A model generated the notes under the pieces. That model ran no database searches, was not told the DNA's origin, and saw only the letters and a list, made by a program, of their open reading frames with translations. DNA of 64,000 nt from a virus: the IMG/VR virus record IMGVR_UViG_3300045391_003766, positions 5,395 through 69,394 of that record; one strand, written 5' to 3'. Shown one piece after another: positions 20,762 to 31,666 of this stretch. The stretch's first letter is position 1. Each line of letters opens with the position of its first letter. A program made the position numbers and the translations under genes.

Positions 20762-20960
20762 TAACATTCCCAGAATTTCTGATCCCGACGAACTGATTGT
20801 TCATTCGTGTCATCGGAGTTGCACTCAGACCATCGCGGCTCCCCGATATTCGCTTTCGGTTACAAATCCTGACGGGCAGGTGGCGTGTATTCTCGCAGAT
20901 GACAACGCCGACATTCTTTACGATGACGACGGCTCTTCGCTTTGTCCAGACGACGTGTAA
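20745..20960 (+). CDS. Small Cys/Asp-rich protein
   Basis: In-frame ATG at 20745; fills the gap between fibre genes. Confidence 0.4.
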   Translation: MSACRDNIPRISDPDELIVHSCHRSCTQTIAAPRYSLSVTNPDGQVACILADDNADILYDDDGSSLCPDDV

Positions 20961-20963
20961 TTT

Positions 20964-21668
20964 ATGCTAACATCCCAAATCCCAATTTTTACTGATCCCG
21001 TCGCGGGCGCGTATGTCATCAGTTCGGTAGAAGTCGAACCGGGCGTCCGGCGACTTCGCCGAGTCCCGGCTGAAAATTTAGGCGCGACCGGCCCCACGGG
21101 TCCAATCGGACCAGACGGTGCTTCCGGGCCTATAGGTTTGACCGGCGCTACTGGTCCAACCGGCCCAGCGGGCGGTCCTACGGGTCCAACCGGCCCAGCG
21201 GGCGCGACCGGACCTGCGGGTGCAACCGGGCCTTCGGGTCCAGCGGGCGCGACCGGCCCAGCCGGTGCTACAGGCCCAGCCGGTGCTACAGGCCCAGCGG
21301 GCGCGACCGGCCCTAGTTCCCCATTTATTATCGGAGTTGCCGCGAGCGACGAAACGACGGCGATCACAACCGGCACATCCAAGATTACTTTTCGCATGCC
21401 AGCGGCCATGACGGTGACGGCGGTTAGAGCAAGTTTAAACGTCGCATCTTCTTCAGGTCTAGTCACGATTGACATCAACGAAGGCGGCGTCTCGATACTC
21501 AGCACCAAACTCACCATCGACGCGAACGAATTGACTTCCACAACGGCGGCGACACCCCCGGTGATTTCGGACTCGGCCCTCGCGGACGATGCAGAAATTA
21601 CTATTGACATCGACGGCGCAGGAACGGGAGCTAAAGGTCTTAAAATTTGGCTTATCGGCTCTTACTAA
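20964..21668 (+). CDS. Collagen-like fibre protein
   Basis: About 27 G-X-Y triplets with one interruption. N-terminal [13 protein letters not shown] is shared with 432..860; beta-rich C-terminal domain. Confidence 0.85.
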   Translation: MLTSQIPIFTDPVAGAYVISSVEVEPGVRRLRRVPAENLGATGPTGPIGPDGASGPIGLTGATGPTGPAGGPTGPTGPAGATGPAGATGPSGPAGATGPAGATGPAGATGPAGATGPSSPFIIGVAASDETTAITTGTSKITFRMPAAMTVTAVRASLNVASSSGLVTIDINEGGVSILSTKLTIDANELTSTTAATPPVISDSALADDAEITIDIDGAGTGAKGLKIWLIGSY

Positions 21669-22336
21669 TGCAAGCCTTCATCATTAACCCGTTCATGTCG
21701 TTTCCGACGGTTCTTAATCCACCGAGTTTTCCGAATTTGCAAGGCTGGTGGAAAGCCGACAGCCTTTCCTTGAACGACGGAGACCCCGTTACAACGTGGG
21801 CCGATTCGTCAGGAAACGGCCAGACCTTGACGGCCAGAGCGACATCCACGTATCACACAAATATAGCGGGCTCGATGCCCGCCGTTACGGTTGGAGGGGG
21901 ATTTACTTTTCCCGGAATTACGCTATCGAGCGATTTCAGCATCGTGTCGGTTTTGAAAATTGCTTCGGACAGCATGTTGTTAGGAAATCAGACGGTAAAT
22001 CGTCAGGTTCGAGTGGATCGTAGCAACGGAAACACCCTTTCTTTTTACGCGGGCGGTTCAGAAATTATCAGTAGTTCCTTCACTATGGCGAACGTCCTTC
22101 TCGCCCTCGCGTGGCGCAGGGCGTCCTCTACTCTTTCTTTTCGTCAGAACAAGACCGCTGAGGGAACCGGCTCGGATGGAAACAGCTTGACCCTGAATCT
22201 GGTTGGGGACACTAGCTTCGGACTCGGATATAACGGGTATCTTATGGAGCTATTCATCTATTCGTCAGCACTGTCAGACTCAGACGTTGACCTGCTTTAC
22301 GATAGCTATCTACAAATAAAGTGGGGCTTGCCGTAA
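21668..22336 (+). CDS. LamG/concanavalin-like fibre tip protein (putative)
   Basis: IINPF start, LQGWWKADSL...VTTWADSSGNG, YNGYLMELFIYSSALSDSDV. Confidence 0.65.
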   Translation: MQAFIINPFMSFPTVLNPPSFPNLQGWWKADSLSLNDGDPVTTWADSSGNGQTLTARATSTYHTNIAGSMPAVTVGGGFTFPGITLSSDFSIVSVLKIASDSMLLGNQTVNRQVRVDRSNGNTLSFYAGGSEIISSSFTMANVLLALAWRRASSTLSFRQNKTAEGTGSDGNSLTLNLVGDTSFGLGYNGYLMELFIYSSALSDSDVDLLYDSYLQIKWGLP

Positions 22337-22350
22337 GCCCTGAAAAACAA

Positions 22351-22360
22351 CACTGTTTAC
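22351..22360 (+). promoter_or_regulatory. Late motif CACTGTTTAC
   Basis: Exact copy, 3 nt before ATG 22364. Confidence 0.7.
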
Positions 22361-22363
22361 CGA

Positions 22364-22741
22364 ATGAAAGTCAACATCGACCTCGACCAATCGGACTCCT
22401 ACCCCTCAATGGCGGTTGCTGGTCCTGAAGACAAACCTCACTACCCATCATTCCAATACTCCGGGGAGGAATCACTCAATCTGCCGAAGGAAGGGACGAT
22501 GCTCGTTCATTTCAGAACCGTTTCCGAAACGGAGGCCACGGACGAGAACGGTGACGACCGTTATACTTGCGTCGTCGAACTCCGGGAGATTTTAGCCATA
22601 ACGTCAGAGAAAAAGGCTCCGACAAAATCTGGCAGTGAAGCCGAAGACGCTCTCGACGCGCTCATGCGAAAACGCATGGAGGAAGAGGAAGCCGGGGAAA
22701 GTGCGGAAAAAGAGGCCAGCGAGGACGAGGGGAAGGAATAA
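22364..22741 (+). CDS. Acidic hypothetical protein
   Basis: 125-aa Glu/Asp-rich ORF at the head of the tail block. Confidence 0.55.
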   Translation: MKVNIDLDQSDSYPSMAVAGPEDKPHYPSFQYSGEESLNLPKEGTMLVHFRTVSETEATDENGDDRYTCVVELREILAITSEKKAPTKSGSEAEDALDALMRKRMEEEEAGESAEKEASEDEGKE

Positions 22742-23745
22742 TGTTCATCGTTGACGACATCTACGACGAGGCGAAAAAAATCTTCGGCGCGTGTGACGAC
22801 ACCAAACTTTTTCGGTGGATCGGCGACGCGGCGTCTTTAATTATCAACAAGGGTGATTTCGAGGGTCTCAAGGGGACTCTGGACATTTGCACGGCTGGCG
22901 GCTGTGGATGCTCTCAAGGGGTCAACACCTGCACGTCTAACGCGCGCTGTGGTCGCAGATGCGTCACGCTTCCGCGCGAAGTCAACAATGTGTTGGCGGT
23001 GAATATTGGCGGCAAACCCACACTCGGCTACGGTCAGCTTTTCAATTTTCATCTCAATGGTCCCGGCGATTGCAAGACAACTTGCGATTGGAGTTGGCAG
23101 GATCAAGGCAACTGGCACGCAACTTTTCGTGACATTGGGACGCCGACCAAAGTGATTTCATATCTTCAAACCGACGAGGACAACGGGAAAAAGCTTATCG
23201 TTTACGGCTACGACGACAAGGGTCAAAAGCTTCGCCGAAAAGTTGGTGGCGACTGGCTCGACGGCTACCAAGTCCCCACGATTTTTGGTCTTGCGGTCCC
23301 AGATACTTCCGCGCCAAAAATTGCCCGAATTACCGGCGTCTTCAAAGACCTGACGGCGGGCTCGATCCGGCTTGCGTCCATCGACGAGGACAACAATAGC
23401 GTTCCGCTGGCGGTCTATGAGCCAGATGAGAGAATCCCGCAGTATCGCCGGATTCAATTGAACCGCAGTTGCAACTGGGTCCGCATCGCCTACATGAAAG
23501 CGCCCGGCACTTTTTCGAGCCGCTACGATCACATTCCGTTACACAGCCGCGTTGGCTTTTTGCTCGCGATGACGGCCCGCAAACGCTACTCTGAGTATGA
23601 ACTCGCTGAAGCGCACGCCTTCGAGGCGGACGCCGCGCGTTTGGAAATCGAGGCGCAGATGAAAGTCGAACCCGCGACTTACAATCCTCTTCAGGTCGTC
23701 GATCTTAACAACCCGCGTGATAAGGCGGATTATGACATCCGGTAA
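22741..23745 (+). CDS. Head-tail adaptor / tail tubular protein A-like (putative)
   Basis: Position before the nozzle-like gene; helical termini with a beta insert. Gene-order inference. Confidence 0.5.
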   Translation: MFIVDDIYDEAKKIFGACDDTKLFRWIGDAASLIINKGDFEGLKGTLDICTAGGCGCSQGVNTCTSNARCGRRCVTLPREVNNVLAVNIGGKPTLGYGQLFNFHLNGPGDCKTTCDWSWQDQGNWHATFRDIGTPTKVISYLQTDEDNGKKLIVYGYDDKGQKLRRKVGGDWLDGYQVPTIFGLAVPDTSAPKIARITGVFKDLTAGSIRLASIDEDNNSVPLAVYEPDERIPQYRRIQLNRSCNWVRIAYMKAPGTFSSRYDHIPLHSRVGFLLAMTARKRYSEYELAEAHAFEADAARLEIEAQMKVEPATYNPLQVVDLNNPRDKADYDIR

Positions 23746-23748
23746 CGT

Positions 23749-25758
23749 ATGCCCGACAAACTTTTTGATTACGACGGCACGTTCTTCCGGGGAATGAACA
23801 GTTCTATGGAGCCGGGGTCTCTCCCGCTCGGCTACTACTGGAATGGTTTGAACATCCTGAATCTCGGTGGCGTCATTAGCTGCCGCCCCGGCCACAAGTG
23901 CCTCGTGCAACTCCCGCGCGGACGCCTTCAGGGTGCCACTATCTTTAAGCCCAAGACCGGCCTTGAACAACTGGTCGTTTGTATCGATGGCGTTGTTTAC
24001 GTCGCGCCGTATCCTTTCGTGGAGTTTCGATTTTTGCCGAACGTCCTCATGTCGCCGTCCGCGAAGCAGGTATTTTGGGCGATGACGACCCAAGCGGCCC
24101 GGCGCATCAACACAGATTTTTCCTCGCCTATCGAAGTGATCGATCCTCGCGCGGTGCTTTTCATTCAGGACGGGGGATTTACCGCCCCGGCATGGTTCGA
24201 CGGCTCCAACTCCGGCCACATTCGAGACAACGAATTCGAGACTCCCGCAGGCAGTTCGATGGCGTGGGTTGGTGATCGACTTTGGGTAGCCGTGGACAAC
24301 AAAGTGTTCGCGAGTGACATTGCGAATCCTTTTTCGTATCGCGAGCAGACCTACCTCGGTGGTAATGACGCCTTCTATTTCCCGTCCGCCGTCACCGCGA
24401 TGACGCCAACCACGGGCCTCGAATTTCCGCAGTTGATTGTCTTCACCGCCGAAAACACTTCGCTCATTCAAGCCAACATCCGCGAGCGCGCGGCATGGCC
24501 CGTCACGGACGGCATGCAAACCGAAATTTTCCAGATCGGTTGCGCGTCTCAGCGTTCAATCATTTCGCACCAAGGTCTAATCACTTGGTTCTCTCAGTCC
24601 GGGATTGTGTTTTTCAACGCGGCCCGCGCCGGAAAAATTTCTTCCCACATGCCGATTCGAGACACGGAGATGCAGGTCAGCAAAGTCAATTTAAGTTCGG
24701 ACCTCAGCACCGTGTCATCGGCGCTTTTTGGACATTTCATTTTGATGAGCGTCCCTTCGGAGGACGCTTTCAATAAACATACGTGGGTGCTTAACGGAGC
24801 GCCTATCGAAAGCTTCGGCGACGACTCCGGCGAAGCGTGGGCTTCTATTTGGACTGGCACGCGCCCTGTGGAGTGGGTTTACGGCACCATCGCCGGGGAA
24901 GAAAGGATTTACCATGTCTCAACTGACGCTGACGGAGAAAACAGATTGTGGCGCTCTTTCACCAAGGAGCGGTTGGACAATGGATGCCCGATTACATGGG
25001 CGATGGAGACCCGTGCGTATTTCGGCCAGACTTCTCAGACCAACAGAACGCTTCCTCGGTCTCCATGCCGATTCACCTATGCTGACGTGGGCCTGTGTGG
25101 TATTGAAGAGGACTTAGACCTCGGCATCTTTTACGCGGGCGGCACTCGCGGCGCATACAAGCAAATCCTCGGAAAGAAAATTTCTGTCGAACGCGGCTCG
25201 ATTCGGTTTGACGAAGAGATTACGGCGATCACGGAACTGTTCGCCTTCAAGCCCCAGACCCGAAGAATTCGGACACAGGACGCAAATCAGCAATCGAACG
25301 ATCTGGACACCGGCACTTGCGGCGTAGAGTCGAAAGACATCGAAGCCATCGACGACAGTTTTCAATTACTTATTGTCGGCCACGGCCCGGCCACGATCAA
25401 GTGGATTCGAGCCTTTGCTATCGACACTCCCGAAGATAAAAGCGGAGAGCCGGATGCGTGCGACGATGAAACCCAATTCAATACTGTTCGATTTGACGGC
25501 GTAGGACTGCGCACCGAAGACCTTGTGGGAATGTCGGACGCGCTCGCCGCGCTGCCAATTGCTCACTATACGTCGGTGAAAACTGCTGCGCTCACTCAAG
25601 ATGGATTAACGGCAGTCGGCGTCGGCACCGCAGAGAGCATCGTTTCGCAAAAGGCGGCAGATCGAGTCGCGACTCGCATCGCGGAGCGCGTAGCAGAAGT
25701 TGAACTCATCAACGCGCTGCCCAAGACTTTCAGCGCCGGAGAAGGATTTGACCAATGA
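23749..25758 (+). CDS. Tail nozzle / tail tubular protein B-like (putative beta-propeller)
   Basis: 669 aa, beta-rich with propeller-like segments (WVGDRLWVAVDNKVFASD); podovirus gene order. Confidence 0.6.
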   Translation: MPDKLFDYDGTFFRGMNSSMEPGSLPLGYYWNGLNILNLGGVISCRPGHKCLVQLPRGRLQGATIFKPKTGLEQLVVCIDGVVYVAPYPFVEFRFLPNVLMSPSAKQVFWAMTTQAARRINTDFSSPIEVIDPRAVLFIQDGGFTAPAWFDGSNSGHIRDNEFETPAGSSMAWVGDRLWVAVDNKVFASDIANPFSYREQTYLGGNDAFYFPSAVTAMTPTTGLEFPQLIVFTAENTSLIQANIRERAAWPVTDGMQTEIFQIGCASQRSIISHQGLITWFSQSGIVFFNAARAGKISSHMPIRDTEMQVSKVNLSSDLSTVSSALFGHFILMSVPSEDAFNKHTWVLNGAPIESFGDDSGEAWASIWTGTRPVEWVYGTIAGEERIYHVSTDADGENRLWRSFTKERLDNGCPITWAMETRAYFGQTSQTNRTLPRSPCRFTYADVGLCGIEEDLDLGIFYAGGTRGAYKQILGKKISVERGSIRFDEEITAITELFAFKPQTRRIRTQDANQQSNDLDTGTCGVESKDIEAIDDSFQLLIVGHGPATIKWIRAFAIDTPEDKSGEPDACDDETQFNTVRFDGVGLRTEDLVGMSDALAALPIAHYTSVKTAALTQDGLTAVGVGTAESIVSQKAADRVATRIAERVAEVELINALPKTFSAGEGFDQ

Positions 25759-26954
25759 ACAGCGTTTACGAATACCTTTTTCTTCGCCGCCCGAAAATCG
25801 AATACGTGTGTCCAGCACTTTGCGAATTTCCTTTTTCGTCGTCTGGCACGCCGATCATCGTCCTCGAAGACATCCATAAGAAGCACGGACCTACCGGGCT
25901 GATTCTCGGCGGCACCGGCAATACTCGGCTCTCATGGGACGCCTATCCGGGCGCGCTCTGCTATACCGTTTACAAAGCGGTGGACGAACTCGACCCGTTT
26001 GGTCCTTATCAAATTGTGGCGGAGTGCATCAGCGACAACTTCATTGACCTCGACAACTTCGGCGATGGAGTTTACCGCATCACGGCGATCACTTTGGATG
26101 GCGAAACCGATCCGAGCGACTCCATCACCTTCCACGGCGGAGGCGGTGGAAGACTGCCGCTTGCTTGGTGGGCCTTCGAGGATGTCGTGGACGGAGCATC
26201 AGACCCCTATTTCATTTATGATAGCGTCAATACTCTTCCTGCGGGTTTGTTCCGAGTGGGCGAGATACGCAATGCCCCTCCCGGCGCGGTTGCAAAAGGA
26301 TTTTACGCGACTGACCTCGTGGATGTCTCGGCGAACTGCGCGTGGAGGTTTGACGCGGGATTTATTGACACGCCGCCTCTCGATCCCGTCGATCTGTCGA
26401 ACGGTTTTGCTTTCGCTTACGATTTCACTAACTACAAACCGAGCCCAGAACACTTTCTTGCGACCTACACGCAGTTCCGGTTTCTCGACGCGAGCAACGC
26501 GATGCTGGGAGAGATTTTCGTCATGGCATCGAGCGTTCCTGCCGGAGAATTTCCTGCGTATCCTCTCGACGGTTCCCCGAACATCGATCAAGGGCCGGGA
26601 ATTTATGTGTGGGCTGTCTATGCGAACGGGACTTTGGCGTTCGAGTCTTACGTTGCGCAAGACACCAGCGTTCAGACTTACCACAATTTGATTTGCAACT
26701 ACGCGGCCCCGACCGGCACTATCGAAGTGCAGCTTGACGGCGTGCAAGTGGTGTCCGGGACCATTACCCCATTTTCGGGAACATGCGATCACTCCTTCTT
26801 CCTGATTCAGCCTTTACTTTTCGGTTTCGGCGAGCCCGGCCTGACCGCTCATATCCGATACGACGAACTTTCTCTCTGGCCGTTTAAACTGACAAATATT
26901 GAAGTCGCTTCGCTCTGGAACGGCGGCGTTTTCCAGACGTGGCCAATGGTATAA
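25755..26954 (+). CDS. Tail-associated protein
   Basis: Acidic and aromatic-rich, with a LamG-like C-terminus (RYDELSLWPFKLTNIEVASLWN). Confidence 0.5.
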   Translation: MNSVYEYLFLRRPKIEYVCPALCEFPFSSSGTPIIVLEDIHKKHGPTGLILGGTGNTRLSWDAYPGALCYTVYKAVDELDPFGPYQIVAECISDNFIDLDNFGDGVYRITAITLDGETDPSDSITFHGGGGGRLPLAWWAFEDVVDGASDPYFIYDSVNTLPAGLFRVGEIRNAPPGAVAKGFYATDLVDVSANCAWRFDAGFIDTPPLDPVDLSNGFAFAYDFTNYKPSPEHFLATYTQFRFLDASNAMLGEIFVMASSVPAGEFPAYPLDGSPNIDQGPGIYVWAVYANGTLAFESYVAQDTSVQTYHNLICNYAAPTGTIEVQLDGVQVVSGTITPFSGTCDHSFFLIQPLLFGFGEPGLTAHIRYDELSLWPFKLTNIEVASLWNGGVFQTWPMV

Positions 26955-26958
26955 TTTT

Positions 26959-27780
26959 ATGGCATCGACACTCCAAGCAACCAGCTTAATTCTCGAAATC
27001 GCCCGACTGTCCACGACGTTCAAAGGGACGCCGCAGCAGCTTGTTGATGAAATTCTTTCTCGCGCGCGAATCGTTTCGCCGACTGGGACCGGATTCATTT
27101 TTACCGGCGATACCGAACCGACTTCCAACGTAGGTCCGTGGCTCCGGGGAGGCACGAAATGGTATGTGTGGGACGACGCCACGAAGCGATACAAGCCGCT
27201 CGACATTAGCGACAGCGAAACCAAGTGGTTTCATGTCGGAGCGTCAACGCCAGCGACGAGCGATCCGCCCGTGTGGCTCCGAACTACGCACGATCAAACC
27301 GAAGCGGACCCTTCAATCGGCGATCCGTTGGGCTGGTATGTATTCAATGGAACAGGATGGGTGCCGATCAGTGGCATCCCTCGCTCTGGTGGAACGGCCA
27401 GTCGTCCTACGAGCCCCATTGAGTTTCAACAGTTCTACGATTCGGACATCTCGTGCCTTCTTTGGTGGGAGCGCGGTGCGTGGAGAACCGTCTCCGGCGT
27501 GCCGGGCGACATCAAATTCGTCGGTCAGACGACCCTTTCCGCCGCGTTGACTCAAAATCCGGGGTGGGCGCTGTTCGGCGCGAGCAACTCAGCCCTCCGT
27601 GGACGATATTTTGTCATGGCAGCGAAGGACAGCGCGGGAACAGACCTCACGGTATCGCCCAACGTGGCCAAACGCCAGCCCTATGAGACCTTCGGCGAGA
27701 CAGATGGTGTGAAAATCGATGGCACGAGCCCAGTTCCATACCCTCCGTCCATCGGTATGTTTGCTCTGATCAAAGAGTAA
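26959..27780 (+). CDS. Tail fibre/needle-associated protein (putative)
   Basis: Trp-rich repeats (WYVWD, WYVFNG, WRTVSG). Start placed at in-frame ATG 26959. Confidence 0.5.
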   Translation: MASTLQATSLILEIARLSTTFKGTPQQLVDEILSRARIVSPTGTGFIFTGDTEPTSNVGPWLRGGTKWYVWDDATKRYKPLDISDSETKWFHVGASTPATSDPPVWLRTTHDQTEADPSIGDPLGWYVFNGTGWVPISGIPRSGGTASRPTSPIEFQQFYDSDISCLLWWERGAWRTVSGVPGDIKFVGQTTLSAALTQNPGWALFGASNSALRGRYFVMAAKDSAGTDLTVSPNVAKRQPYETFGETDGVKIDGTSPVPYPPSIGMFALIKE

Positions 27781-27802
27781 CGACAAAACAGCCCAAAACA
27801 CA

Positions 27803-27812
27803 CACTGTTTTC
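27803..27812 (+). promoter_or_regulatory. Late motif variant CACTGTTTTC
   Basis: 9/10 match, 8 nt before ATG 27821. Confidence 0.6.
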
Positions 27813-27820
27813 TGTCCGGC

Positions 27821-28246
27821 ATGGTCAAAGAATTGAAATCTCACGAAGTCACAGAGCGAATTTCCCCGATTTTTGAGCACATTAGCCAAGAAGCGGGCGT
27901 TCCCTTTGCTTCGGCGCACTTTTTCCCTCACTGGCGGCGCATGATGGACATCGGCGTGGCCCGAATTTGGGAAAATGACGGCTGCGTGCTCGGCGCGATC
28001 TTTTCTCCCGATGTTTTCAATGGAAATTTGCGCGGGCTCGTCTATTTTTGGTTTGCCTTGCCGGAAGCACGCGGCACAGGTCGCCCTTCGGCGCTTTTGT
28101 CAGAGTTTGAAAAAGCCGCAGCGGCATGTGGGTGTCGAAACATCTCTATTTCCTCGCATGTCGCGGTGTCTCCCGAATACATGGAGAGAATGCTGGATCA
28201 AAAAGGTTATGAGGCATCCGAATTGGTTTTTTCTAAGTCGTTATGA
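27821..28246 (+). CDS. GNAT-family acetyltransferase
   Basis: WFALPEARGTGRPSALLSEFEKAA (acetyl-CoA motif A). A GNAT gene before ejection proteins is a common podovirus arrangement. Confidence 0.7.
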   Translation: MVKELKSHEVTERISPIFEHISQEAGVPFASAHFFPHWRRMMDIGVARIWENDGCVLGAIFSPDVFNGNLRGLVYFWFALPEARGTGRPSALLSEFEKAAAACGCRNISISSHVAVSPEYMERMLDQKGYEASELVFSKSL

Positions 28247-29202
28247 GTGAAATTTTCGGCGCAGCCGGACAAATTGCCAGTGCCGCTATCAGCGCGGGCG
28301 CGATCAAGGACGCCACGCAGATGCAAATCGACGCGCTAAACCGTCAGCGCGATTTTGTGTTCAGCCAATTGAATCCTGACGTGATTCAAGGTGCGGCGAC
28401 ATCCGCAGACATCACTCGTGCGCAGCAGAAACTCGCGCTTCAGGCACAGATCGATCCGGCTTTGCTCGGAACTCGATACGCAGCGCAGGGAAATATTCTT
28501 TCGGGTGTTCAGGGGCTTAATGGCGGTCCTGATCAAGCCGTGGCGAACGTGGCGGCACAGGAAGGTGTGGCCGGAGTGCCGGGAATGCAGGATGCGAAGA
28601 AAAAACTCGTCGATGCCGCTCTTCACGAGTTGAGTCTCGGCGCAACGCTTCCCCCAGACATTCAAAACGAACTTGTCCAAACGGGCCTCGAAAAAACCGG
28701 CATGGTAACGGGCTCCGCGTCCGCGAAAGGTTTCGGCGGGCATTTGTTACGACAAATCCTCGGAACGGCGGGCGAACAGCTTCAGGCACAACGCCAGCAG
28801 CGGGCCTCAGCGTTGACCCAGACGGCGCAAGGTCTGGAACAAAGCCGACAGCAAATTCTCGGAACTCTTTTCCCCAATCTGGCTTCAGTGCAACTGGGAA
28901 AATTGACCGGAGCGGAAAATGCGCTTCAGCTTTCAAACAATCTCATGCCCGCTGCGGGACTCGGCGGCACGGACATCGCGAATCTCTGGCTCGCGCGCGT
29001 AGGCGCTACGAATTCTCTCGCGCAATCTGCGGCAGATGCGGCAGCGCGCGGCGGAATGGGTCAGGCACAAGCATGGCAACAGGGTATCAGCGGTGCCATT
29101 CCGTATGGCGCGAGTCTATTGCCCACTACCAAGTCTGCGTGGGGATCAATGTTCGGTTCTGGTGGCGGTGGTGCGGCTGATGCACAAGCTTTGGCTATAT
29201 GA
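28243..29202 (+). CDS. DNA ejection / internal virion protein
   Basis: Ala/Gly/Gln-rich helical protein with hydrophobic ends, directly after the GNAT. Confidence 0.6.
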   Translation: MSEIFGAAGQIASAAISAGAIKDATQMQIDALNRQRDFVFSQLNPDVIQGAATSADITRAQQKLALQAQIDPALLGTRYAAQGNILSGVQGLNGGPDQAVANVAAQEGVAGVPGMQDAKKKLVDAALHELSLGATLPPDIQNELVQTGLEKTGMVTGSASAKGFGGHLLRQILGTAGEQLQAQRQQRASALTQTAQGLEQSRQQILGTLFPNLASVQLGKLTGAENALQLSNNLMPAAGLGGTDIANLWLARVGATNSLAQSAADAAARGGMGQAQAWQQGISGAIPYGASLLPTTKSAWGSMFGSGGGGAADAQALAI

Positions 29203-29990
29203 GTGCGTGGACTGCTTCAATGATTGCTCCGGTTTCAAACCGGCCCGTGCCGGTCGCCGCGTATCCTGCGTCAACTTCGCTGGCTTCACGGACAATGAAT
29301 CTCAGTGGTCCTGCGCCGACACCAGCGCCTTCGACCGTCGGCAGCGTCAACGGCTACGCACAGCTTCCTATTACAGCGGATATGCTGCGGACGACTCCCG
29401 AAACTCTGAACGATCCTTCGCTTGGCTCTCGAAAATTTACGAATCCGCTCGAAGGCATGCGTCAGCCGGTTGCATCGGCTTCTGTTTTCGCTCAGCCGGA
29501 TGTTCCTCCTTATTTGCAGAATGCTCTCGCCAGTCTCAACGCGGAGCAGGCACTTCGTCGATCCATGCAAGCCGAACTGACGAATCGAATCGTCGCGGGC
29601 GCACAATCGGGCGGTCCCAATGCCTACCTGTGGCAAGAAGCTTTGCGCGCAGCGGCTGTGACTCCCGGCGCTCATGTGAACTTCGGCCAGTCCGTTCAAA
29701 ATCCGCTCATCGGCCAAGGTTATTACGATGCCTCGGAAGCTTACAAGCAACGCGCGGCACAGCAAACGCGAGCGATCACTGCGGCCAACACTGCGAATCA
29801 GAACTCGATCATCCCGCCTTTCGAGGGAGTGATGCAGAACCCCGGTGGCGCATTCAACCCGGCGTATCAAGCTTACATCAATCGGCAGATCATGGCTAAC
29901 CAAACAGCTTCGCCGGGGTCATCTGTTCAACAACTGGGCCGCTCCGCTGCGTATGGCGGCGGTTGGACTCCTATGCTACCTTCTTACTAA
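29199..29990 (+). CDS. Internal virion protein (putative)
   Basis: Ala/Gln/Pro-rich ORF within the ejection block. Confidence 0.5.
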   Translation: MSAWTASMIAPVSNRPVPVAAYPASTSLASRTMNLSGPAPTPAPSTVGSVNGYAQLPITADMLRTTPETLNDPSLGSRKFTNPLEGMRQPVASASVFAQPDVPPYLQNALASLNAEQALRRSMQAELTNRIVAGAQSGGPNAYLWQEALRAAAVTPGAHVNFGQSVQNPLIGQGYYDASEAYKQRAAQQTRAITAANTANQNSIIPPFEGVMQNPGGAFNPAYQAYINRQIMANQTASPGSSVQQLGRSAAYGGGWTPMLPSY

Positions 29991-29991
29991 T

Positions 29992-31635
29992 ATGGCTGGA
30001 ATTAACGATGAAAGCGGACGGCTGGGACCAATAAACCCGGCGAGCCTTGTTACCCCAGCGTCACCCGTCGTAACGCCAAGCAGCGTTGCTGCACTGTCTG
30101 ACGCTTTTCGTAACGGCATCATCACTGCGGACGACATTCTCAATCGCGCTGGTGAACTTGGTCGCGCCAAGCGAAAAGCAGAAATTGCCGTTGCCGGAGC
30201 ACAAGGCCAAGTCGCCACAGAAGCAGTCTCTCCTGAAGCTATCGCGGGCCGCAGTGCCGAGTTGGCGGCGCACACACAACTTGCCCAAGAAACTGCTTCT
30301 CCTGAAGCTGTTCAAGCACGCAGAACTGCGCTGACTGCCGCGAGTGCAAACGCAGAATTGCAGCAAGCCTCAGCCACACATGGCCCGGAGGCGATACAAG
30401 CTTTTTTCAAATATGCTCCGCTCGTTCAAGGATACGACGGTCCTCCTAAGAGGGCGGACGGAAGTCTCGACTGGGATTTGATCGGCAAAGAGGGCGCGAA
30501 TTTGGATCGACAAGCTACGGTTAAAGCCCAAGCGTCACTACGCGGCGCGGAGGCGAAACGGCTCTCTGAAAAAGACGAGACGACCGGCGCAACTTACGAA
30601 CGGATTTTCAACGCTTTGGGAGAAGACATTACAAACCCAGACGTGCGCGCGGCGCACACTCGCGCCGCAACGGCCCCGTTTTCTTTTCTCAGCATTAAGC
30701 CCGGCGCTGTCGCTCCATCGGCTCCTTCCGCACCTGCGGCATCGGCTCCGGCACCTACTGCACCCGCTCCGGCTCCTGCGTCACCGCCCCAGACTCTTTA
30801 CGGCACGGACGCACAAGCTGCTGCTGATGCAGCGGAACGCGCAGCGCAAGGGCAAGGACAGCCACAGATTGCTCCATCTCCGGCAGTGACTCCAATGGCG
30901 TCCGCGACTCCGGCTCAACCTGCCGTAGCGCCACGCGCGCCCGTTCCCGCACAGAAGCCAGAAATTTCTCTTGCTCCGCCGCACGCGGTTGGAGAATTCG
31001 TCCCCGGTCGCGGCATTGTCACCGGCGCAGGCCCGACGATGGCCAGCAAAGGGGCATCCGAACTTCGCGGCGAGATTGCTCGAAACCCAGTCATTCAGGA
31101 AGTCCAGAAAGCGCTTCCTCAATATGGCCAGCTTCAGCAAAGCGAGCGCGAACTGTCAAATCCCAATTTTCAACCAGATCGAATTTTCGATTTACGTCTC
31201 GCATTTAATTATTTCAAGTCGCTACACCCGGAGACTCGTGTTACTGAACAGAACTTCAAAGAACTGGAAAAGTTCACTAAGATTTACGCGAATGATATTC
31301 CGCAGACTTTGAAAAATTCTTTCAACGTCCTGACGCGGCAGCAATACCTCGACCCTATGGCCCGGCAAGCAGTGCTTCGCGAAACTCGCGCGGCTCTGCA
31401 AGGGCAGGTGGACGCGGCTCGGCCCGTGCTGGAATCCTACGCTACTCTGGCCGATCAATCTGGCATCCCCCGCGAGGCCGTGCTCACAAAAGAATGGCAA
31501 GACCTGCTCAACACCCAAATGGTCAAACCGGGGCAACCGGGACAACCAGCCGCGAGCAACAATACTCCCGTGATGCAGATTCAGGGCATCGGCGGGATTC
31601 AAAAAGTAAACGGTCGCTATATTCGGGTCAACTAA
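29992..31635 (+). CDS. Internal virion / ejection protein (putative)
   Basis: Start placed at ATG 29992 (MAGINDESG). Ala-rich with a long Pro/Ala linker. Confidence 0.55.
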   Translation: MAGINDESGRLGPINPASLVTPASPVVTPSSVAALSDAFRNGIITADDILNRAGELGRAKRKAEIAVAGAQGQVATEAVSPEAIAGRSAELAAHTQLAQETASPEAVQARRTALTAASANAELQQASATHGPEAIQAFFKYAPLVQGYDGPPKRADGSLDWDLIGKEGANLDRQATVKAQASLRGAEAKRLSEKDETTGATYERIFNALGEDITNPDVRAAHTRAATAPFSFLSIKPGAVAPSAPSAPAASAPAPTAPAPAPASPPQTLYGTDAQAAADAAERAAQGQGQPQIAPSPAVTPMASATPAQPAVAPRAPVPAQKPEISLAPPHAVGEFVPGRGIVTGAGPTMASKGASELRGEIARNPVIQEVQKALPQYGQLQQSERELSNPNFQPDRIFDLRLAFNYFKSLHPETRVTEQNFKELEKFTKIYANDIPQTLKNSFNVLTRQQYLDPMARQAVLRETRAALQGQVDAARPVLESYATLADQSGIPREAVLTKEWQDLLNTQMVKPGQPGQPAASNNTPVMQIQGIGGIQKVNGRYIRVN

Positions 31636-31650
31636 GGCCGGATAAAGCCA

Positions 31651-31660
31651 CACTGTTTAC
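31651..31660 (+). promoter_or_regulatory. Late motif CACTGTTTAC
   Basis: Exact copy, 6 nt before ATG 31667. Confidence 0.7.
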
Positions 31661-31666
31661 TAGCTT